Source: a virus. From it: a stretch of 42,058 bases of DNA. Shown here piece after piece: positions 34,067 through 41,506 of the stretch (position 1 is the first letter of the stretch; each line of letters starts with the position of its first letter). The stretch is taken from IMG/VR virus record IMGVR_UViG_3300045988_049432; one strand, written 5' to 3'. A program made the position numbers and the translations under genes. Under the pieces are notes generated by a model. That model was not told the origin of the DNA. It saw only the letters and a program-made list of their open reading frames with translations, and did no database searches.

Positions 34067-34174
34067 ATGGCAAAGATTTATGCATCACTAATCATTAAAG
34101 GTGTTAAAACACTGGACGATGTACCGGACAGACTGAAAGAAGCTGTCAAGGCTATTTTAGAGGGTGATAACTGA
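34067..34174 (+). CDS. 35-aa CD1375-like small protein
   Basis: MAKIYASLIIKGVKTLDDVPDRLKEAVKAIL. It is a paralogue of the next small ORF. Confidence 0.5.
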   Translation: MAKIYASLIIKGVKTLDDVPDRLKEAVKAILEGDN

Positions 34175-34224
34175 TGATACGTCAGTTGATCATAAAAATT
34201 CTATTCAGAAAGGATGTGCAGACT

Positions 34225-34350
34225 ATGGCAATTATCTATGCAACCCTGATCATTAAGGGTAAGAAAACATTTGCTGATGTTCCTGATCGTATCAAGGACA
34301 AAGTAAAGGAAGTTTTGGTTGATCTTGATTGTCCTGAATTAGCAGAATAA
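34225..34350 (+). CDS. 41-aa CD1375-like small protein (paralogue)
   Basis: MAIIYATLIIKGKKTFADVPDRIKDKVKEVL, with AGAAAGGA upstream. Confidence 0.5.
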   Translation: MAIIYATLIIKGKKTFADVPDRIKDKVKEVLVDLDCPELAE

Positions 34351-34382
34351 TCAACAGACAAGGAAATTATCACATACACGAA

Positions 34383-34429
34383 AACAACCGCCATATGACG
34401 ATTATATAACGTCAGAAGCGGTTGTTTTT
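34383..34429 (+). terminator. Terminator between the tail and lysis genes
   Basis: AACAACCGC ... GCGGTTGTT stem followed by a T-run. The loop contains the ATATGACG-ATTATATAA-CGTCAGAA motif. Confidence 0.6.
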
Positions 34430-34453
34430 GCGTACAGAAAGGACAACAGACCA

Positions 34454-34768
34454 TTGGAACAATTTATTTATTCAACGTACACGATTGTTTTACCAATCAT
34501 TGTCACTGCTCTTATGGGCTATGTGGTTTGGTTGCTGAAAAATCAGAAGAAAGACAGGGACGCAAATAGTAAAGGTACAATGCTTTTACTTAGGGTTCAA
34601 CTTATTGAATATCACGATAAGTATATGCGATTAGGTGACATTCCATCATACGCTTATGAAAATTTTATGGAAATGTATGATGCTTACCACGCTTTAGGTG
34701 GTAATGGGATGATCACAAAAATGATGCATGAAATTGAAGAATTACATTTAAAAAAGAAAGAGGTATAA
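34454..34768 (+). CDS. Membrane protein of the lysis cassette (N-terminal TM); holin accessory?
   Basis: 104 aa with a TTG start. One N-terminal TM segment followed by a helical domain. Confidence 0.45.
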   Translation: MEQFIYSTYTIVLPIIVTALMGYVVWLLKNQKKDRDANSKGTMLLLRVQLIEYHDKYMRLGDIPSYAYENFMEMYDAYHALGGNGMITKMMHEIEELHLKKKEV

Positions 34769-34770
34769 AC

Positions 34771-35031
34771 ATGAAAAATATTAACTGGGTTGTAAGAATT
34801 AAAAACAAAGCGTTTTGGGTTGCACTGATTCCTGCTGTACTTCTGTTGATTCAGGTTGTTGCAGCAGTGTTTGGTTATACCCTTGATCTTGGTGATCTTG
34901 GTAACAAACTGCTTGATGTGGTTAATGCAGTATTTGCAGTTCTTGTGATTCTTGGTGTTGTAACAGACCCAACAACCAAGGGTATTACTGACAGTGATCA
35001 GGCACTTACTTATACAGAACCAAAGAAATAA
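34771..35031 (+). CDS. Holin, phi LC3-like family
   Basis: NWVVRIKNKAFWVALIPAVLLLIQ ... VVTDPTTKGITDSDQALTYTEP matches the phi LC3 holin pattern. Confidence 0.8.
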   Translation: MKNINWVVRIKNKAFWVALIPAVLLLIQVVAAVFGYTLDLGDLGNKLLDVVNAVFAVLVILGVVTDPTTKGITDSDQALTYTEPKK

Positions 35032-35044
35032 GAGGTAATCAGCT

Positions 35045-36466
35045 ATGACAAATCAGGAATTTATTGATCAGATTGCAGTGTACATTAAAAAGTACGCTGC
35101 AATTTTTGGTATATGCGTACACAGTCCAATCATTGCACAGGCAATCTTAGAGAGTGGGTGGGGCAAGTCAAAACTTGCTGCCACCTATCACAACTATTTT
35201 GGTCTTAAGTGCGGTACAAAGTGGACTGGTAAGAGTGTGAACATGAACACACAGGAAGAATATGAACCGGGAGTGTTGACAACGATTGCTGATAATTTCA
35301 GGGTCTTTGATTCAATGGAAGAAGGGGTTAAAGGTTACTTTGAATTTATACAGTTATCCCGGTATCAGAATCTTAAGGGAATCACAGACCCTAAGACGTA
35401 TCTTGAAACAATCAAGGCAGATGGTTATGCAACAAGTTCAGCATACGTTCAGAATAACATGGACTTGGTTGAACAGTACGAACTTACAAAGTATGACAAT
35501 GAAAAGGGTGATAATATGAGTGACAGACAAAAGCCGGGAAACTGGCTTGCTCAGTATAAAGGAATTGCAGAAGGTAGTGAACAACACAAAGCTATTCTGA
35601 AAGTATTTAACGATTCAGGACTTTGTACAAGATATAAAATGACGGTCAATGATGCTTGGTGTGCAACGTCTGTATCAGCAGCTTTTATTGCATCCGGTCT
35701 TTCTAACATTTTCCCTTGTGTTGAATGCTCTTGTGAAAACATGATCAACCTTGCTATCAGTGCAGGTATTTGGGTTGAAAATGATGCTTATGTACCTGAC
35801 GTTGGTGACGTTATCCTGTATGACTGGGATGATAACGGTGTTGGAGATTGTACAGGTTGGAGTGATCATGTTGGTATCGTAGTATCATGTGACGGTTCTA
35901 CGATCAGAGTCATTGAAGGTAACAAGTCAAACACTGTTGGTTATCGTGATATTGCTGTGAATGGTAAATGCATCAGAGGATTCATCACACCGCATTATGC
36001 AGCAGGTGGTTCTACTACACCACAGCCTTCCGGTAAGAAATCAGTTCAGGAAGTAGCTAAAGAAGTATATGCAGGTGAATGGGGTAACAACCCGGAAAGA
36101 AAGGAAGCACTGGAAAAAGCCGGGTATGATTATCAGGAAGTTCAGGACGCTGTAAATGCACTTGTAAATGGAAGTACACCGACACCTTCAAAATCTGTAC
36201 AGGACGTTGCAAAAGAAGTTATCAATGGTCAGTGGGGAAATAACCCTGACCGTCAAAAAAAACTTGAAGCAGCAGGTTACAACTATCAGGAAGTACAGAA
36301 TGCAGTTAATGCGATCTTAAAAGGAAATGCTGCAACAGACTTGACCGCTATCGCAAAAGAAGTTATTCTTGGTAAGTGGGGTAATGGTCAAGAACGAATT
36401 GACCGCCTGAAAGCAGCAGGTTACAGTCCTACAGCTGTACAGAAAAGGGTCAACGAATTAGTATAA
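35045..36466 (+). CDS. Modular endolysin: glucosaminidase + CHAP + three CW_7-type wall-binding repeats
   Basis: AQAILESGWGKS (glucosaminidase). CATSVSAAF ... GDVILYDWD ... HVGIV (CHAP Cys/His). Three copies of ~SVQEVAKEV..G.WGN..ER...L..AGY.Y..VQ..VN over about 36047-36463. Confidence 0.85.
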   Translation: MTNQEFIDQIAVYIKKYAAIFGICVHSPIIAQAILESGWGKSKLAATYHNYFGLKCGTKWTGKSVNMNTQEEYEPGVLTTIADNFRVFDSMEEGVKGYFEFIQLSRYQNLKGITDPKTYLETIKADGYATSSAYVQNNMDLVEQYELTKYDNEKGDNMSDRQKPGNWLAQYKGIAEGSEQHKAILKVFNDSGLCTRYKMTVNDAWCATSVSAAFIASGLSNIFPCVECSCENMINLAISAGIWVENDAYVPDVGDVILYDWDDNGVGDCTGWSDHVGIVVSCDGSTIRVIEGNKSNTVGYRDIAVNGKCIRGFITPHYAAGGSTTPQPSGKKSVQEVAKEVYAGEWGNNPERKEALEKAGYDYQEVQDAVNALVNGSTPTPSKSVQDVAKEVINGQWGNNPDRQKKLEAAGYNYQEVQNAVNAILKGNAATDLTAIAKEVILGKWGNGQERIDRLKAAGYSPTAVQKRVNELV

Positions 36467-36486
36467 CAGATGGTTCAGTGGTGGCA

Positions 36487-36731
36487 TTGCCACCGACTTG
36501 CCACCATTGCAGACATACAACACAAGAACGCACAAGGCTGTAAAGTCTGAACTATTAAAAAATACTTGATTTTATAGGCTATTTGAGAATGTACAAAGCT
36601 GTACAAGGATTTAAAAACAGAACACTTAACAAACGGTGCATGTGGAGACGGTCTGTTTATTATCACGTAAATAAGCGGTTTTACAGGCTTTTATGAGTGG
36701 AGTTCAGTCTATTTGCCACCCATTTGCCACC
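36487..36731. promoter_or_regulatory. Candidate attP region with paired TTGCCACC arm-type repeats
   Basis: TTGCCACC occurs at 36487, 36498, 36713 and 36724, as two pairs with 11-bp spacing. The first copy is part of the palindrome GGTGGCA-T-TGCCACC. The region lies between lysin and int. Confidence 0.45.
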
Positions 36732-36764
36732 GTAATTTTTAAAATCATCACTGAACAAAGAAAT

Positions 36765-36810
36765 GGGAGTGAACACGCTGAACAATTAGCGGATTCACTC
36801 CCAATTTTTT
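36765..36810. terminator. Terminator between the convergent late operon and int (likely bidirectional)
   Basis: GGGAGTGAA ... TTCACTCCC stem followed by AATTTTTT on the + strand. It is T-rich on the other side too, and lies 3 nt from the int stop. Confidence 0.65.
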
Positions 36811-36812
36811 AT

Positions 36813-38087
36813 TTATGACGTTTTTGCTTGTGTGATTTTTTCAAAGAGATCAACAGAACGTTCAGCCATTTTTTCAGTATCATGCACGTAGGTCTGCAAT
36901 GTAGTTTCTATATTGGTGTGTCCTAATCGTGTCTGAACATTCTTAACATCAGCACCGGATTCAATCAACAGTGTTGCGTGTGTATGCCTTAAGCTGTGAT
37001 AATCAAAGGCAAGATGCATTTCATGGTGTATAACCCTACTGCAATACTTAAATGAATCAGTGGAAGTATACTGACCGTTTTCATCAATACACACCAACCT
37101 GATACGCTGTAGTGGACTTTCAACACATTTTTGAATTGGTACAACCCTGATCATGTCATTACCCTTTTCATCAGTTTCAATCTTTTTAACATGAATCGTG
37201 TAATATTCACCATACTTCATTTCATTCCTAAGTTGTTCAGCTTTTTCCTGTTTCAATGCCTGATATAGTGTTTCACCAAAAGGGACTTCACGAATGGAAG
37301 TAAAGGTTTTTGGTGTAGTAAAGTACCAAGATGAACGCTGTTCTTTCTTACCTTTCTTTTCAACAACCTTTCTTACATCTGCCCCAAAGTTACGTTTTAC
37401 AATCTGCTTATTTACAGATATTTTTCTTTTATCAAAATCAATATCATCCCAAGTAAGACCAAAGGTTTCTGATATTCGTAAGCCTGTATAAAATCCGATC
37501 ATTAAAGGTATATAGTACCGGGTGTTTTGAAATCTGTCACGAATTTTACACCATTCATCTAATGTCAGTACAATTCGTTCACGTGGTTTTCTTTCAACCT
37601 TTGGAAATTTCACATACTGCATAGGGTTTGACTGTAAATAGTGCATTGGTTCAACTGCATAATTCAGTGCAGCACTGAATACAGATAAAATACCAACTAA
37701 ATGACTTTTTGAATTACCGTTCATTTTTAATTCAACAGCGTACTCCTGTAATACTGCCGGAGTGATTGCCTTTAATCTATACATACCAAATTTTGGAATT
37801 AAATGCCCTTGAATGATTCTTAAATACCCTACTTGGGTGTTATATTTCAGATTGGTCTTACAGTACAGATCAAACCACTGATTCAGGTAATCAGCAACCG
37901 TTATTTCTGTCGGTTCAAATACAGTCCCGGCATTATTGTATTCATTCATAGCAGCAGTCAATGCCTGTTCAGCTTCTTTCTTGGTTCTGAATCCACCCTT
38001 TTCTTTTTTCTTCCTTTTACCGTCAATTTTTCCAAGGTCAAAATAATATGACCATGTTGTACCTCTTTTTCTTACTCCACCTTGCAT
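36813..38087 (-). CDS. int: Tyrosine integrase
   Basis: The C-terminal catalytic region has GLRISE, HSLRHTHATLL and LGHTNIETTLQTYVH. The ATG at 38087 lies 8 nt after GAAAGGAAG. The GTG at 38096 in the track is less likely. Confidence 0.9.
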   Translation of the reverse strand: MQGGVRKRGTTWSYYFDLGKIDGKRKKKEKGGFRTKKEAEQALTAAMNEYNNAGTVFEPTEITVADYLNQWFDLYCKTNLKYNTQVGYLRIIQGHLIPKFGMYRLKAITPAVLQEYAVELKMNGNSKSHLVGILSVFSAALNYAVEPMHYLQSNPMQYVKFPKVERKPRERIVLTLDEWCKIRDRFQNTRYYIPLMIGFYTGLRISETFGLTWDDIDFDKRKISVNKQIVKRNFGADVRKVVEKKGKKEQRSSWYFTTPKTFTSIREVPFGETLYQALKQEKAEQLRNEMKYGEYYTIHVKKIETDEKGNDMIRVVPIQKCVESPLQRIRLVCIDENGQYTSTDSFKYCSRVIHHEMHLAFDYHSLRHTHATLLIESGADVKNVQTRLGHTNIETTLQTYVHDTEKMAERSVDLFEKITQAKTS

Positions 38088-38105
38088 AAATAGCACTTCC
38101 TTTCA

Positions 38106-38134
38106 TTGAAACCATAAGGAATGAATGCTATAAT
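38106..38134 (+). promoter_or_regulatory. Near-consensus extended -10 promoter TTGAAA-17-(TGC)TATAAT
   Basis: -35 at 38106-38111 and -10 at 38129-38134, with TG at 38126-38127. It points away from int. Confidence 0.6.
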
Positions 38135-38140
38135 GGTTTT

Positions 38141-38220
38141 TGCATAGTCCAAATCATTTCATTCCTTTGGTTTGGTTTTGCTGACCCTGACCGCTGCAAC
38201 GGTTGGGGTCGTTTTTTTTT
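38141..38220 (+). ncRNA. Candidate ~80-nt small RNA ending in an intrinsic terminator
   Basis: It is bounded by the promoter above and an 11-bp stem (38183-38193 / 38200-38210) followed by T9. It contains no ORF. Confidence 0.45.
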
Positions 38221-38419
38221 GGTTACACTTGGTTACGCTTTAGTTACGGTTGAGGTTACAGTTATATTACCTTGATTTACAAGGTGGTTACACTTGTCTA
38301 CGGTTCGTTACAAGTTCTTTATATAACGCTTATATGAATAAAAAAAATAAAGTATATATATATAAAAGTAAAATATATAAGATATAGATTTTAAGTGTAA
38401 CCGTAATCAACCGTAACCG
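38221..38419. repeat. Iteron module B, homologous to module A
   Basis: GTTAC-type repeats at 38222, 38232, 38243, 38255 and 38287, plus TGTCTACGGTT at 38295. The CCTTGATTTACAAGG palindrome is present. The AT-rich core spans about 38320-38392. Inverted copies are at 38394-38417. Confidence 0.8.
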
Positions 38420-38902
38420 TTAAAGTTGAATGTCACTTGTCGGTGCTGATTCTACGTGTGTAAGTTCTTTCAGCCTTTTAGATAGCTTAAGACCTTTGTA
38501 CACTCTAGTATCTTCAAACTGTATATATTTATCTTCACCGTCTGAACTGGTGTAACTGATGATAAAATACAGGTGTGTTTTCTTTCCGGTTTTTGTACCT
38601 GTACCGGATGCAGCACCAACTATTGCACCAACACCGCCAAATATTACCCCACCAACTACAGCCCTACCGATCACAGACTTTGGTTTTTGAATGAGTTCAG
38701 TCTTTCCACCATAGAACACATCTGTAATCTGATCATAATTAAGTAATAGCTTGCGTTTCTGCATTGAGGTAATTTCTAAATGATCATCATACAACGCAAC
38801 GTCATACATATAACCTTTTGAAAAACCTGCAATATCTTCCTGTAACTGGAAATAGTCACTAATGATAGAGCCTTTTGTACTTCTTAAAAATCCCATGATC
38901 AA
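38420..38902 (-). CDS. Membrane-anchored protein of the lysogeny module (superinfection-exclusion/Abi candidate)
   Basis: Central Gly-zipper TM segment GRAVVGGVIFGGVGAIVGAASG flanked by beta-rich halves. It lies between int and the repressor. The likely start is ATG 38896. Confidence 0.6.
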   Translation of the reverse strand: MIMGFLRSTKGSIISDYFQLQEDIAGFSKGYMYDVALYDDHLEITSMQKRKLLLNYDQITDVFYGGKTELIQKPKSVIGRAVVGGVIFGGVGAIVGAASGTGTKTGKKTHLYFIISYTSSDGEDKYIQFEDTRVYKGLKLSKRLKELTHVESAPTSDIQL

Positions 38903-38960
38903 CCATCCTTTCTAAAGTCTACAATTATAATATTTTCCTGATTTTCCCAAATTTGGTATA

Positions 38961-39365
38961 TTATGCCATTTTTTGAGCATCCCTTTTTACAGGTTCGGTG
39001 TATTTTGGTAATGCAGCAGTATCACGAAGTTCTTCCATGATTTTGTTTTTACCTGCTTCATTCAGTTTTGAATATAACTGAACAAGTTCATACACATCTG
39101 AACCATATTGATTTTTAATAAGATCAGTAATATCATGCTTTTCTTTTGGTTCATCGTTTTTCTTTTCAGACCAACCCATAATATAATCTGTCGTAGTTTC
39201 AAGTGCATCTGCAATCTGTTTGATCTTAGATTGTCTTAATTGTTGTATGTCAAGTTCAATCTTATTTATAGAGGATTTACTTTTATAACCAATTTTGTGT
39301 GCAAGATCTTCTTGTGACATTCCCAATTCTTCACGTCTACTTTTTATACGTTGACCTATACTCAT
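38961..39365 (-). CDS. cI-like XRE-family repressor
   Basis: HTH IKSRREELGMSQEDLAHKIGYKSKSSINKIE. It is divergent from the early promoter. Confidence 0.8.
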   Translation of the reverse strand: MSIGQRIKSRREELGMSQEDLAHKIGYKSKSSINKIELDIQQLRQSKIKQIADALETTTDYIMGWSEKKNDEPKEKHDITDLIKNQYGSDVYELVQLYSKLNEAGKNKIMEELRDTAALPKYTEPVKRDAQKMA

Positions 39366-39398
39366 TAAGATTACCTTCCTTTCTTTGTTTATAAGTAA

Positions 39399-39427
39399 AG
39401 AATACCATGAAATAGATTAAATATCAA
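39399..39427 (-). promoter_or_regulatory. Repressor promoter TTGATA-17-TATTCT (minus strand)
   Basis: Read as the reverse complement of 39422-39427 and 39399-39404. Confidence 0.45.
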
Positions 39428-39455
39428 CTTTTTTCAAGTTTTTTCAAAAAAACTG

Positions 39456-39484
39456 TTGACATTCTATCTACCATCATGTATTAT
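39456..39484 (+). promoter_or_regulatory. Early rightward promoter TTGACA-17-TATTAT
   Basis: -35 at 39456-39461 and -10 at 39479-39484. An ATCTAC half-site sits inside the spacer. Confidence 0.6.
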
Positions 39485-39490
39485 GATGTC

Positions 39491-39509
39491 AGTAGATAAA
39501 ACATCTACT
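39491..39509. promoter_or_regulatory. Operator-like palindrome AGTAGAT-AAAAC-ATCTACT (copy 2)
   Basis: It lies immediately downstream of the -10 of the early promoter. Confidence 0.55.
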
Positions 39510-39891
39510 TCAAAAACAAAGCAAGTAGGAAATACAGGGTAAGCGTAAGGGGCTGCATTGTGAAGGTTGGTAACCTACCGTGATGAACTGAAAAAGATTC
39601 AAAGTAGCGGTTTGAGTGATGTGTATAGACAGTAACCCGGTAAAATGTACTGAAAATAGGGATAAGAGTTGAACAGGTGCAAAGTGAATAAGTAAATTGT
39701 GAAAGTTCAGGGTTGACCAACAGCCACACCAAGATTATTAACTTATCAAATGAACAGGTACTAAACGAGATGACACAGCACTTTGTTTTTGAATCCGTTC
39801 CCGGTTACTCACCCATCCATGATGACCGGGAACAAATAAAAGAACCTGTTGCAGCAGGTAAAAGCCAAAGGAATGAAAGGACGGTTTGGAC

Positions 39892-40297
39892 TATGCAGAA
39901 TAAATTTTATTTTACTTTTGGAACTTGGAAACAATATCCATATACAAGAGGTCAGTACTTGGTTGTAATTGCATCAGATGAACATGATGCAGCTATGAAG
40001 TTTAAAAAGAAATACCCACACCCATATGATGAAATGCTTCTTAACTGTGCAGCTTACTATTCAGAAAAAGAATGGAATGAATCAGTTTCTAAATATTACA
40101 CTGGTGAACCTGTAGAAGTAATCGGAATGAATATAAAATTAAGAATTAAAGTTAATTATGACGGAACAAAATATTTTACCAATGTCAATGGTGGTTATTT
40201 TAAAGAGCATAAATCACTGGAAGATGCAAAGAATTGGTTAGATTATAACGGATATAAAAATTTTGATACTGAAACCATAGTAAGTTTTTCATATTAA
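39892..40297 (+). CDS. Hypothetical early protein (start uncertain: 39713 TTG, 39770 ATG or 39892 ATG)
   Basis: MQNKFYFTFGTWKQYPY... resembles a common small early-phage protein of unknown function. Confidence 0.5.
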
Positions 40298-40619
40298 TCC
40301 GAAACGGTCAGCAATGACCGTCTACCGGAAATGACCACCCGGTACTGATGATGGTAGGTCAAAAATAAGATAGCAGTTCTTTTATAAGTGCTGTCTGTTA
40401 TGTGATGGCTGACAGGTTTTGTTCAGTTTTAATGTGAAACTGTTCAGCGGTTCATAGAAAACCACGCTATAAAAATTCTATAGTAGGACAGCAAGTTTAC
40501 AGGTTTTAGTGTGAAATCTGATAAGGGTTTCTTGGTGTGTGATTCCCTGAAAAATAAAACCACCCCATAACAGGCAACATTTATAAAAGGGCTGCTGATC
40601 GGAAAGGAAGGTTGTGTAA

Positions 40620-40829
40620 ATGAAGAAAGTAATTGCAGGTTGTATTGATCTGATGCTTGAATTTGATTCTGCATCTGAACTTGATCATTACATTGCTGAT
40701 ATTGAAGCCAAGAAACAGGAATACAGCATTGTAGAACGTAAGGGATTACCGGGTGACAGAATCATGATCAGAATACACAGACAGTACAATAAAAGCCCAT
40801 TCCCAACAACAGAAGGTGGTGAGAACTAA
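40620..40829 (+). CDS. Hypothetical protein
   Basis: 69 aa, with GGAAAGGAAGG upstream. Confidence 0.55.
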   Translation: MKKVIAGCIDLMLEFDSASELDHYIADIEAKKQEYSIVERKGLPGDRIMIRIHRQYNKSPFPTTEGGEN

Positions 40830-41032
40830 TGACAAACACAACACTGTTAAGACAGAAAATTGATGAATCCGGTTATAAGTTACAGTTCTTAGCTGAAAAA
40901 TGCGGTTTGACTTATTATGGATTGATGAAGAAAGTCAACAATGAAACAGAGTTCAAAGCGTCTGAAATTAAAGTGTTGAAAGAACTTTTGAAGTTGACGA
41001 ATGAAGAAGCAAACAAGATTTTTTTTGCCTAA
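40829..41032 (+). CDS. Small HTH protein (Cro-like candidate)
   Basis: ESGYKLQFLAEKCGLTYYGLMKKVNNE is an HTH-like segment. ATGA-type coupling to the previous gene. Confidence 0.5.
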   Translation: MTNTTLLRQKIDESGYKLQFLAEKCGLTYYGLMKKVNNETEFKASEIKVLKELLKLTNEEANKIFFA

Positions 41033-41043
41033 AAAGTAGATAA

Positions 41044-41061
41044 AATATCTACCAACAAAGG
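41044..41061. promoter_or_regulatory. Operator-like palindrome AGTAGAT-AAAAT-ATCTAC (copy 3)
   Basis: It has one loop change relative to copies 1 and 2. It lies 12 nt upstream of the 41073 ATG. Confidence 0.45.
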
Positions 41062-41072
41062 AGTGAAACAAG

Positions 41073-41492
41073 ATGACATTCAGTGAAAAGTTAAAACAGG
41101 CTATGCAAGAATTACACCTGAATCAACGTCAGGTGTGCGGTATGACTGGAAAAAGTAAAGGTTCTGTCAGTCAGTATCTTTCAGGTAAACAGATACCGTC
41201 AGAAGATGTTCAGAGTGCTATTGCAGTAGCACTTGGACTTGAATCAGATTACTTTTCAAAATCTGATGAACAGGTGGTTGTACTTCCAACTGCTGAATTA
41301 AAAAATGGGGTAATTCCCCGGTTAGATGTGGAAAAGGCTGCAAAGCTGTTGCAGATGAACCACAACACAGTTCGCAAGGGCTTACAGCAAGGGGTTTTCC
41401 CTTGGGGTTACGCTATTCATACATCTGATAACAGGTGGGTGTACTTCATCAACGCAAAACGTTTTGCAGAGATTGAAGGAATTACAGTATAG
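41073..41492 (+). CDS. XRE-type HTH protein with a C-terminal excisionase-like HTH
   Basis: LKQAMQELHLNQRQVCGMTGKSKGSVSQYLSG (HTH_3). The C-terminus reads LDVEKAAKLLQMNHNTVRKGLQQG. Confidence 0.6.
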   Translation: MTFSEKLKQAMQELHLNQRQVCGMTGKSKGSVSQYLSGKQIPSEDVQSAIAVALGLESDYFSKSDEQVVVLPTAELKNGVIPRLDVEKAAKLLQMNHNTVRKGLQQGVFPWGYAIHTSDNRWVYFINAKRFAEIEGITV

Positions 41493-41506
41493 AGAGGTGA
41501 AAGAAA

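Noticed and set aside
38221-38419. Iteron module B as the attP site
   Set aside because: A homologous module exists far from int, at 11.7 kb. A better-placed candidate with its own phased repeats lies between lysin and int. This is not fully excluded.
39505-39732. 75-aa minus-strand ORF in the early leader
   Set aside because: It has no RBS and an implausible composition. It would be transcribed against the strong early promoter.
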